From: Armatimonadota bacterium
Lineage (GTDB): Bacteria > Sysuimicrobiota > Sysuimicrobiia > Sysuimicrobiales > Humicultoraceae
Assembly (NCBI GenBank): GCA_037443365.1
Contig: JBBIOM010000038.1
Location: forward strand, 1 to 16,667
Length of the DNA stretch: 16,667 nt
Direction of reading: 5' to 3'
The position numbers and the translations under genes are program-made. The notes beneath the pieces are model-generated. The model saw only the letters and a program-made list of their open reading frames with translations. It had not been told where the DNA came from and searched no databases. Below are positions 7,349 to 14,656 of this stretch, piece by piece; the stretch's first letter is position 1, and every line of letters starts with the position of its first letter.

Positions 7349-8618
7349 GCCGGACGGCGCCGCCCCTGAGCAGCAGGCGGCCCGGCGCGGCGTCCTGCTG
7401 CTGCTCGGGATAGTGCTCTTCGCTGGGCTTGTGCGCCTGCCCCGGCTGCATACGCCCGCGCACATGGTCTTCGACGAGATCTACTACGCCAAGGCCGCGG
7501 CGCAGATCCTGGCCGGCAGCGAGGTGACCGAGGAGCGCACGCACCCGCCGCTGTCGAAGCTCATCATCGCCGCTGGCATCCGGCTCTTCGGGGATGACGC
7601 CGTCGGCTGGCGCCTCCCCGGCGCCGTGGCCGGCACGCTGCTTGTGGCGGTCGTCTACGCGCTGGCCGCCACGCTCTTCCAGGATCGCTTCATCGCAGCG
7701 GTCAGCGCGCTTCTGATCGCTGCCGATGGGTTGATCTTTGTTGAGAGCCGGATTGCCAAGCCCGACATCTTCCTGGTCCTGTTCCTGTTCGGCTCCTACG
7801 CCGCGTTCTGGCAGTACCTGCGCGGCCGCCTGGACCGCCCCGCGGAGCCCTCTGGGCACGAGGTGCGCTGGCTCTACCTTGCAGGTGCGGCAGCGGGCTG
7901 CGCGGTCGCCACGAAGTGGACCGCGGTCGTGCCGCTCTCGGTGATCCCGGTGGTGCTGGTGCTGCTGCTGGGGTGGGGGAGGATCGCGCTGCCTGGGCGC
8001 GACCTCGGCCACTTCGCCCTGGCCTTCATCCTGGTGCCGGCGGCGATCTACCTGCTGACCTACATACCGTACTTCATGCTGGGGCACACCCCGCGCGAGT
8101 GGCTCGCGCACCAGGCCTCGATGTACGAGTTCCACGCCTCGCTCAGGGAGCCGCATCCCTACCAGTCGCGGTGGTGGTCGTGGCCGCTGCTGCTGCGGCC
8201 GATCTGGTACGAGTACTACGAGGTCGCGCCCGAGGTACGCCGGGGCATCCTGGCGATCGGCAACCCGATCGTCTGGTGGGCCGGCCTGCCGGCGCTTGCC
8301 CTGATCGCGTGGCGGGCCGTGCGCACGCGCGCCGCTCCCGAGACCTTCCTGCTGGCGGGGTTTGCGATCGCGTATGGCCAGTACGCCTTCATCACCAGGC
8401 CCCTGTTCCTGTATCACTACATGCCGGCGCTGCCGTTCCTGATCATAGCCCTGGCCGCGGTGATGGCGCGGATGCGCGCCAGGGCGGGAGGGGTCATGGT
8501 GTGGCTCCTCATCGCGCTGGCGGTCGGATGGTTCGTCGCGTACTACCCGGTGCTGTCGGCGCTGCCGATGAGCAACGAGCGGATGATGCGCCTTATGTGG
8601 TTTGGGACCTGGATCTAG
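7329..8618 (+). CDS. pmt: Polyprenyl/dolichyl-phosphate-mannose--protein O-mannosyltransferase (PMT, GT39)
   Basis: FDEIYY (catalytic DE), THPPLSKLIIA, GWRLPGA, ESRIAKPDIF, ATKWTA, HPYQSRWWSWPL, GNPIVWW, FLYHYMPALPF. GTG start overlaps the transglutaminase gene by 20 nt. Confidence 0.9.
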   Translation: MRDASDRPDGAAPEQQAARRGVLLLLGIVLFAGLVRLPRLHTPAHMVFDEIYYAKAAAQILAGSEVTEERTHPPLSKLIIAAGIRLFGDDAVGWRLPGAVAGTLLVAVVYALAATLFQDRFIAAVSALLIAADGLIFVESRIAKPDIFLVLFLFGSYAAFWQYLRGRLDRPAEPSGHEVRWLYLAGAAAGCAVATKWTAVVPLSVIPVVLVLLLGWGRIALPGRDLGHFALAFILVPAAIYLLTYIPYFMLGHTPREWLAHQASMYEFHASLREPHPYQSRWWSWPLLLRPIWYEYYEVAPEVRRGILAIGNPIVWWAGLPALALIAWRAVRTRAAPETFLLAGFAIAYGQYAFITRPLFLYHYMPALPFLIIALAAVMARMRARAGGVMVWLLIALAVGWFVAYYPVLSALPMSNERMMRLMWFGTWI

Positions 8619-9867
8619 GCCGGTGGCTGAAGAGAACGTAGAAGGCCGCGGGCAGCAGCAGCGTGGCGATCGCGCTCCACAGCCTCGTGGCGCCGTCTGA
8701 GAACAGCGTTGTCTCGATGAATCCCGGCAGGACGAAGGTCTGGGCATAGGGCCGCGTGTAGGCGTAGAGCAGGTTGAGCGCAAACACCGCCGACAGCCCG
8801 ATGTAGATCCCTAGCATCCGGCGGTCAACCGCCGCGGCTGCGGCGAAGAAGGGGATCGCGGGCAGCAGGTACCGCTCGTGCATGCGCGTCGGCAGGACGA
8901 ACACCGCCAGCAGCAGCACGGCCGAGGCCAGCAGCGCGCCGCCCTGCGCGGGTCGCCGCCACACCCAGACCGCCACGGCCACGCCTGCCGCCAGCGCGGC
9001 GGCGAGGCCCAGCGTGTGAAGGGGGACGCCCAGCCAGCGCAACCCGTCGCTCACCCAGAACCCCTGGGTGGCGCCCCAGAAGTTGAACGCGACAACACTG
9101 CTGTGCGGGTAGACCCCTAGCGACGTGCGCAGCACCCCGATCAGGCCGAGCGGGCCCAGACCAAAGGGCAGGATCGCCAGGACCAGGACCCCGGCACCTG
9201 CCGCTGCCGCCCCGAGCAGGAGATCCCAGCGCGCCGGGCCCTGGGCCGGACGCGCGCACCTGCGCAGCAGGTACAGCCCGGCCGGGATGACAACCGGCGC
9301 GGTCTGGGGCTTGACGATCGCGCCCGCAGCCAGCAGCGCCGCGGACCACAGCGGCGACGATGAGCCCAGGGCGGCAATCCCGGCCACCGCGAACACGGCG
9401 CCGACCGCATCCGCCTGCCCCCAGTAGGCGCCGTTGAAGATGATCCCCGGATTGAACAGGTAGGATGCCGCCAGCGCGAGCGCCCAGCGCGCGTTGAAGC
9501 GCCGCGCCACGACGAGGACGAGCCAGGCCGTGGCCACGTCCGCGATGGCCGACGGGAACTTGAGCGCGAACAGGTAGGCCTGATCGCTGAGCCGCACTGT
9601 GTTGTTGACCTCTCCGATGACCCACAGGACGTACAGATACCCTGGCAGGTAGTCGGCGAACCCGCCCCCGTAGAAGGCGGCCGGTCCCCCCTCGGCGAGC
9701 GCCTGGGCCCACGCCCGAAAGGTGCCCACGTCCACCGGGAAGCCGCCGTAGGGCATGATGAGGAAGCGCAGCAGCAGCCCGGCGGCTGCCAGGTTCCAGA
9801 ACAGGCGGTAGTCCCGGGCGCCGCCGGCAGGGTCGGGCAGGGCAGAGGGGAGATTCTGCTCGGGCAT
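8593..9867 (-). CDS. GT-C fold membrane glycosyltransferase (PIG-M/GT87/Gpi18-related mannosyltransferase-like)
   Basis: Polytopic membrane protein with DVGTFRAW, DYLPGYLY, LKFPSAIAD, LFNPG, YWGQAD, VKPQ, AFNFW and RMHERY motifs. Likely start is ATG 9867; the track start at 9909 would overlap the divergent gene. Confidence 0.75.
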   Translation of the reverse strand: MPEQNLPSALPDPAGGARDYRLFWNLAAAGLLLRFLIMPYGGFPVDVGTFRAWAQALAEGGPAAFYGGGFADYLPGYLYVLWVIGEVNNTVRLSDQAYLFALKFPSAIADVATAWLVLVVARRFNARWALALAASYLFNPGIIFNGAYWGQADAVGAVFAVAGIAALGSSSPLWSAALLAAGAIVKPQTAPVVIPAGLYLLRRCARPAQGPARWDLLLGAAAAGAGVLVLAILPFGLGPLGLIGVLRTSLGVYPHSSVVAFNFWGATQGFWVSDGLRWLGVPLHTLGLAAALAAGVAVAVWVWRRPAQGGALLASAVLLLAVFVLPTRMHERYLLPAIPFFAAAAAVDRRMLGIYIGLSAVFALNLLYAYTRPYAQTFVLPGFIETTLFSDGATRLWSAIATLLLPAAFYVLFSHRPRSRSQTT

Positions 9868-9886
9868 CGAAAGGGAGTTCCACACC

Positions 9887-11107
9887 GTGGGCGCCCATTC
9901 CCGCATCATGGCCGGGCGGCATCGGCAGGCCGTCCTTCAGAACCCCGCGTTCTGGGCGGCTGTCGTGGGCGTTGTGGCGATCGCGGTGTACGCCGTCTCC
10001 TTCGCCGATCCCACGCCGTTCAACCACTACGTGTTGCTGGCGGACGCGTTCTTGTGCGGCCGCCCGCACCTGATTGACCCGCCGGCTTACATAGAAGCCA
10101 CCCTGTTTGGGGGGCGTCACCACGTCATCCCGCCGCCCCTTCCGGCGCTCCTTCTGGCGCCCTTTGTCGCCGTCTGGGGGACCGGCTTCAACCAGTCCCT
10201 GGCCGGCTACGTAATCGGAGGGCTGGCAGCGGCGCTGCTGACACTCGTGGCAGCCAGGGTGGCGCCGCGGCGTCGCGACTACCTGTGGCTCGCGGCCATG
10301 GGGGCGTTCGGCACCATCCTGTGGACCCTGGCGGCCAGCGGCAGCACCTGGTATCTCGCGCACGTGATCGTGATCGCGGTCCTGTCCGCGGGGGTTCTCG
10401 AGGTCCTGGGACGGCGCCGGCCGCTCGTCATGGGCGCGTGCGTGGCCGCGGCCTACCTCACGCGCCAGGCCTCGGTCCTGGCGCTGCTCTTCTTCGTGGT
10501 GGCGACGGTGCCGCAATGGGCCCCCAGGGGCCTGCGCGCGTGGCAGGAGGTGCGTCTCGGCTACCTGAACCGGCTGGCAGCGCCGGTAGCCGCCGCGGTA
10601 GTGGCCTACGGGCTCTACAACTGGGTGCGCTTCGGCACATTCGCCGACGTCGCGGCGTTCGTGCGGCCCGGGATTCTCGATGAGCCCTGGTTCGCACACG
10701 GGTTGTTCCACGCGAGCTACATCCCGCGGCATCTGGAGGTGCTCCTGGCCCGGCTGCCGCGCCTTGTGCAGGGCCCGCCCTACGTGCTGGTCCCGCTCAG
10801 CGGGCTGGCGCTGTGGTTCACGACGCCGGCCTTCCTGTACGCACTGCGCGCGCCGCGGAGTTGGGAGACGCTGGCGGCCTGGCTGGGTGTGGGCGGCGTC
10901 CTGCTGGCGGTGTCCCTGTTCGGCAACCCCGGGATAGCGCAGTTCGGGTACCGGTTTGCCGCGGACGTGTATCCTCTGCTCTTCCTGCTCGCGGCGCGCG
11001 GGATGGGGGGCCGGGTCGGCGGCGCGGCCAGGATCCTGATCGTGCTTGGCATCCTGGTGAATCTGTGGGGTGTCATCTGGCAGCGGCTCGGCTGGGTGGC
11101 GCTTTGA
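9887..11107 (+). CDS. Uncharacterised multi-TM protein, putative GT-C glycosyltransferase (paralog 1)
   Basis: First loop FNHYVLLADAFLCGR...PPLPALLLAPF, then GSTWYLAH, LTR, YNWVRFG, QFGYRFAAD. This topology and the late YR motif resemble GT-C enzymes. AAGGGAG (9871-9877) precedes GTG 9887; an alternative ATG lies at 9908. Confidence 0.65.
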   Translation: MGAHSRIMAGRHRQAVLQNPAFWAAVVGVVAIAVYAVSFADPTPFNHYVLLADAFLCGRPHLIDPPAYIEATLFGGRHHVIPPPLPALLLAPFVAVWGTGFNQSLAGYVIGGLAAALLTLVAARVAPRRRDYLWLAAMGAFGTILWTLAASGSTWYLAHVIVIAVLSAGVLEVLGRRRPLVMGACVAAAYLTRQASVLALLFFVVATVPQWAPRGLRAWQEVRLGYLNRLAAPVAAAVVAYGLYNWVRFGTFADVAAFVRPGILDEPWFAHGLFHASYIPRHLEVLLARLPRLVQGPPYVLVPLSGLALWFTTPAFLYALRAPRSWETLAAWLGVGGVLLAVSLFGNPGIAQFGYRFAADVYPLLFLLAARGMGGRVGGAARILIVLGILVNLWGVIWQRLGWVAL

Positions 11108-12255
11108 GAAGGTCCTGGGTGGAGCCCCTGGTCGTCGCGGCGCTCGTGCTGGCCGTGTATCTTGCCGCGACCCCGCGCACCAATCAGGCCTACCGCCACT
11201 ACGTCTACATGGGCTCGGCCTTCCTGCGGGGCCGCGTGGATCTGCAGGGGCTCCCGCCGCACTACCACGACATCATCCACCGGGAGGGCCGGGTATACAC
11301 GCCCTTCCCGCCTGTCCCGGCTGTCCTGTTGATGCCCCTGGTCGCGCTGCAGGGTGAGGAGGCCGATCAGGGCCGCGCCGGGCAGGCCCTTGCCGCGCTC
11401 GCGGCCGGCGTGTTGGTTGCGGGGCTGCGCCGCATGGGCCACCCGTTGGGGGTGCGCCTGTTCTGCGCCGCAGCGCTGGCCTTCGGCAGCGTGCTCTGGC
11501 CGGCGACCGCGATCGGCTCCACCTGGTTCTTCGCGCAGGTCGTGGTGGTCCTGGCCATGGCGCTGCTGGTGCTGGAGATGGCCGGTCGGGCGCGGCCGCT
11601 CGTCGCAGGCGCAATCCTGGCCGCGGCGTGGCTGACACGCCTGAGCGTGCTGCCCGCGGTCCCGGCGGTGGCCGCGCTCCTCTGGATGCGGCATCGGCGC
11701 CTGCGCGCGCTCCTGCCCTTCGTCCTGGCCAGCGCAGCGGGCGCGGCCGTGTATCTGGCCTACAACGCGCTGCGCTTCGGCGATCCGCTGCAGACAGGGT
11801 ACGGCCTGCTGTCCATGGCCTCGGTGAACGCCGAGGCCGTCGCCCGCTTCGGCTTCTTCAACGCGCGCTTCGTGCCCGAACACCTGGCAGTCATGTTCCT
11901 GCGCCTGCCCGAACTGGTCCCCCAACTGCCGTACCTGCGGCCGTCGCCCTGGGGGATGGCCCTGTGGGTCACCAGCCCGGTTGTCATCTGCCTGCTGCTT
12001 ACGCGCGCGGACCGCCGGGCGTGGCTGCCCTGGGCGGGCGTGATTCTCTCCATGCTGGTGCCGATGCTGTTCTTCTTCTCGGTCGGCTGGGTGCAGTACG
12101 GGTACCGGTACAGCCTGGACTGGTGGGTGCCCGTGATGGTGCTGCTGGCCCATGCCCTCTGCGGCCGGCCGCGCCCGGGCGACTGGGCGCTCCTGGCTGC
12201 GGGCTGTGTTATTTGCGGGGTTGGTGTATACTGGGTCAAAGCGCTCGGCTGGTAG
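11104..12255 (+). CDS. Uncharacterised multi-TM protein, putative GT-C glycosyltransferase (paralog 2)
   Basis: YRHYVYMGSAFLRGR...PPVPAVLLMPL, GSTWFFAQ, LTR, YNALRFG, QYGYRYSLD, collinear with paralog 1. TTG 11104 overlaps the upstream TGA (TTGA). This is the real part of track ORF 10813..12255. Confidence 0.65.
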   Translation: MRRSWVEPLVVAALVLAVYLAATPRTNQAYRHYVYMGSAFLRGRVDLQGLPPHYHDIIHREGRVYTPFPPVPAVLLMPLVALQGEEADQGRAGQALAALAAGVLVAGLRRMGHPLGVRLFCAAALAFGSVLWPATAIGSTWFFAQVVVVLAMALLVLEMAGRARPLVAGAILAAAWLTRLSVLPAVPAVAALLWMRHRRLRALLPFVLASAAGAAVYLAYNALRFGDPLQTGYGLLSMASVNAEAVARFGFFNARFVPEHLAVMFLRLPELVPQLPYLRPSPWGMALWVTSPVVICLLLTRADRRAWLPWAGVILSMLVPMLFFFSVGWVQYGYRYSLDWWVPVMVLLAHALCGRPRPGDWALLAAGCVICGVGVYWVKALGW

Positions 12256-12302
12256 TCCTGTCCGGTCTGCCCATGCCTTCTTCTGGGTAAAGAGGATAGT
12301 AC

Positions 12303-13025
12303 ATGCCGACTGAGGAAGCGCTCGATCCTGGCGTATGCGCGGCCGCGCGCGGGCCGCTGGCCGTTCCCCGGACCTTTGACGAGAACACCTTCGGGCAGGA
12401 CTACTTCGCCGGGGGCTCGAACTACGCCGGCCGCTACGATTGGTTCAACCCCCCCCACAAGATAGCCGGATACCTGCGCGAGATACGGCGACTGCGCCCG
12501 GCCGGGTCTCTGCTGGACGTGGGGTGCGCCTTCGGACGGTTCCTTCAGGCGGCACGGCGGCACTACGACTGCGAGGGCGTGGACATCTCTGCCTACGCCG
12601 CGGGGCTGGCACGCGAACGGCTCCCTGGCGTGCCCATACATCGGTGCGCGCTCCAGGCGTTTCGCCCGGGCCGCGGCTACGGCGTGGTGACCTGCTTCGA
12701 CGTGCTGGAGCACATCCCGGACCTGGAGGCGGCCCTCTGGCGGCTGCGCGACCTGACGTCGCCCGCGGGCGTCCTGGCGATAGCGGTCCCGACCTACGAC
12801 TCGCCTGCCGGGTGGATCTTCGACCTGGTTGATCGTGATCCAACGCACGTCCACCGGCTCTCGCGGCACGAGTGGATCCGCAGGCTGAAGCAGGCCGGTT
12901 TCCGGCCGATAGTCTTCAAGGGGATACTGCGGCTTCCCATACCGGGGCGCTTCATTCACGTCATAAGCCCTGCGTTCCGCTGGTGCTCCTCGGCCGTCTT
13001 TCTGGCATGCGTCCGGGGCGCCTAG
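12303..13025 (+). CDS. Class I SAM-dependent methyltransferase
   Basis: LLDVGCAFG (motif I), GVDIS, VVTCFDVLEHIPD, P.GVLAIAVP. RBS AGAGGA at 12291-12296. Confidence 0.9.
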   Translation: MPTEEALDPGVCAAARGPLAVPRTFDENTFGQDYFAGGSNYAGRYDWFNPPHKIAGYLREIRRLRPAGSLLDVGCAFGRFLQAARRHYDCEGVDISAYAAGLARERLPGVPIHRCALQAFRPGRGYGVVTCFDVLEHIPDLEAALWRLRDLTSPAGVLAIAVPTYDSPAGWIFDLVDRDPTHVHRLSRHEWIRRLKQAGFRPIVFKGILRLPIPGRFIHVISPAFRWCSSAVFLACVRGA

Positions 13026-13060
13026 CGAGCGGCCGGGCTGGGCATCTGTCTCACAGGAGG

Positions 13061-13561
13061 ATGAGGACGGTCTTGGGCCTGCGGCGCATGCAGAGAGCAG
13101 ATAGGCGAGGGGGCGGCTTCACCCTCACAGAGGTGATCGTCGCCCTCACGATCCTCGCCATGTCCATCCTGCTCATCACTCGCGCGTTCCTCATCCTGAT
13201 TCAGGTCACGGGCCAGGGCGGGAACACCACCGTGGCCAGCGCCCTGGCGGTGCGGGTGCTGGAGGAGGTCAGGTCCCGGCCGGAGTCGCAGAGTTCCTCT
13301 GCCGGGTGGACCGCGCAATTCGATGCCATTGCGGCCCAGCCCCTGACGAACTTCGGGGCGCCCTACGACGGCTACGCGTTCCAGGTGCTGGTGAACCAGG
13401 TGGACCTGAACCCATCGTCCGCCGATCCTCCCTGGCTCGCCGAGTACAACCACCCCGACGCGCTGAAGTGGATAACCGTTCGGGTCGAGTTCCGCGGTAT
13501 GACGCTGGCCAGGGTGAGTTCGGCCGTGGTGCGCGACATGTACAGGCGTCCGAGTCCATAG
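13061..13561 (+). CDS. Type IV minor pilin/pseudopilin, PilV/GspI-like
   Basis: Basic leader and class III cleavage site [25 protein letters not shown] (Phe+1 at 13118, Glu+5), helix [14 protein letters not shown], and C-terminal [10 protein letters not shown]. Start is uncertain (ATG 13061, TTG 13073 or ATG 13088). Confidence 0.85.
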   Translation: MRTVLGLRRMQRADRRGGGFTLTEVIVALTILAMSILLITRAFLILIQVTGQGGNTTVASALAVRVLEEVRSRPESQSSSAGWTAQFDAIAAQPLTNFGAPYDGYAFQVLVNQVDLNPSSADPPWLAEYNHPDALKWITVRVEFRGMTLARVSSAVVRDMYRRPSP

Positions 13562-13571
13562 GAGTCTTCTG

Positions 13572-14651
13572 ATGAGTAACCGATTCGCAGCAGCGCTCAG
13601 ACGCCTTGCCAGGTACCCGCCCGATGCGCGCGGCCTCTCGCTCCTGGAGATCTTGGTGGCCCTGGGCATCCTGGTGTTAGCGCTGGTCGCCATATACGGC
13701 CTGGTGGTCAACGCCGTGCGCTCGTTCGGCATAGGCGAGGACTTCCTGGACGTCCAGCAGAACGCGCGCGTGGCGCTCGACAAGTTCTCCGAGGAGGCGC
13801 GCTGGACGACGCGCCTTGTAGGCGACGACGAGTTCTTCGCCAGGCCGCCCGCGGCTTCGCCCCCGGCGGCGTGTCCCGGGGGCCTGTGTCCGGGCAGCGT
13901 GAACCTGGAGATCCCGCGCAGCAACCCGGTGATCCCGGACTGCTCGTACTTCGTGCGGTTCACGCGTGACCCGGCAGGGGACACCTTCACCCGCCTCGTC
14001 AAGCCCGATCCGGGCTCCGCCAACCCCAACTACGGCACAGGGCAGTGTGTCGCCGCCCCGCCGCAGGTCCTTGCTGCGCTGGTGAGCGGGCTGGTGCTCG
14101 ACTACTGCAACGCCGCCGAGACCTGCACGCCTCCCTATACCGCCGTGGCAAGGAACCAGGTGGTGCGCATAAACGGTGAGATCACGGTGACCAAGGTGAG
14201 CGTTGGCGCGCAGCGGCAGCGCTCGATCAGCGCCGTGGTGCTGCTGCGCAACGTCGGCGCCGTGGCCCCTCCGATGGTTGCGACCCCCAGCCCGACTTCG
14301 CCACCCAGGCCGACAATCGCGCAGACGTTCGCAACGGCTACCGCAACGGTGGCGCCTACCGCGACGGTGACACCCACGCGGACGGCTACGGTCACGCCCA
14401 CCGCGACGGTGACGCCCACGCGGACGGCCACGGTCACGCCGACCGCGACGGTGACACCCACGAGGACCGCGACGGCCACGGCAACCGCGACCGTGACACC
14501 CACGAGGACCGCCACGGCGACGCCTACTGGCCCCACGCCAACGCGCACCGCGACGGCGACGGCTACGCGCACCGCAACACGAACGCCCACCGCGACCGCG
14601 ACACCCACGCGGACCGCGACGCGGACGGTCACCCCGACCTTCCCGAGGTGA
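13572..14651 (+). CDS. Type IV minor pilin/pseudopilin, PilW/GspJ-like, with a Thr/Pro-rich C-terminal tail
   Basis: [20 protein letters not shown] (Glu+5), [16 protein letters not shown], six Cys, domain end VLLRN, then a low-complexity tail. RBS AGGAG at 13560-13564. Confidence 0.85.
   Translation: MSNRFAAALRRLARYPPDARGLSLLEILVALGILVLALVAIYGLVVNAVRSFGIGEDFLDVQQNARVALDKFSEEARWTTRLVGDDEFFARPPAASPPAACPGGLCPGSVNLEIPRSNPVIPDCSYFVRFTRDPAGDTFTRLVKPDPGSANPNYGTGQCVAAPPQVLAALVSGLVLDYCNAAETCTPPYTAVARNQVVRINGEITVTKVSVGAQRQRSISAVVLLRNVGAVAPPMVATPSPTSPPRPTIAQTFATATATVAPTATVTPTRTATVTPTATVTPTRTATVTPTATVTPTRTATATATATVTPTRTATATPTGPTPTRTATATATRTATRTPTATATPTRTATRTVTPTFPR
14358..14474 (+). repeat. Coding tandem repeat, 42-bp unit ([14 protein letters not shown]), about 2.8 copies, within a larger degenerate Thr-X array (14325-14648)
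   Basis: Units start at 14358, 14400 and 14442 with ACCGCGACGGTGACRCCCACG. The first two differ only at synonymous third positions. Confidence 0.9.
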
Positions 14652-14656
14652 TGCGA

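Noticed and set aside
6729-8783. 684-aa minus-strand ORF and similar long antisense or off-frame ORFs (2181..3332, 8825..10732, 10780..12153, 11760..12959, 14861..15907)
   Set aside because: They overlap well-supported genes, lack recognisable motifs, and are expected from stop-codon scarcity at this GC content.
8593-9886. Recombinase-driven invertible segment around the minus-strand gene
   Set aside because: No flanking inverted repeats were seen, no recombinase is in the window, and the 3' overlap with PMT would be broken by inversion.
14325-14648. Repeat array as a CRISPR or other non-coding repeat
   Set aside because: No unique spacers, unit lengths are multiples of three, variation is synonymous, and no cas genes are present.
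14325-14648. TxT pattern as an ice-binding beta-solenoid
   Set aside because: Frequent Pro, irregular period and no Cys/Gly turn pattern fit a disordered mucin-like tail better.
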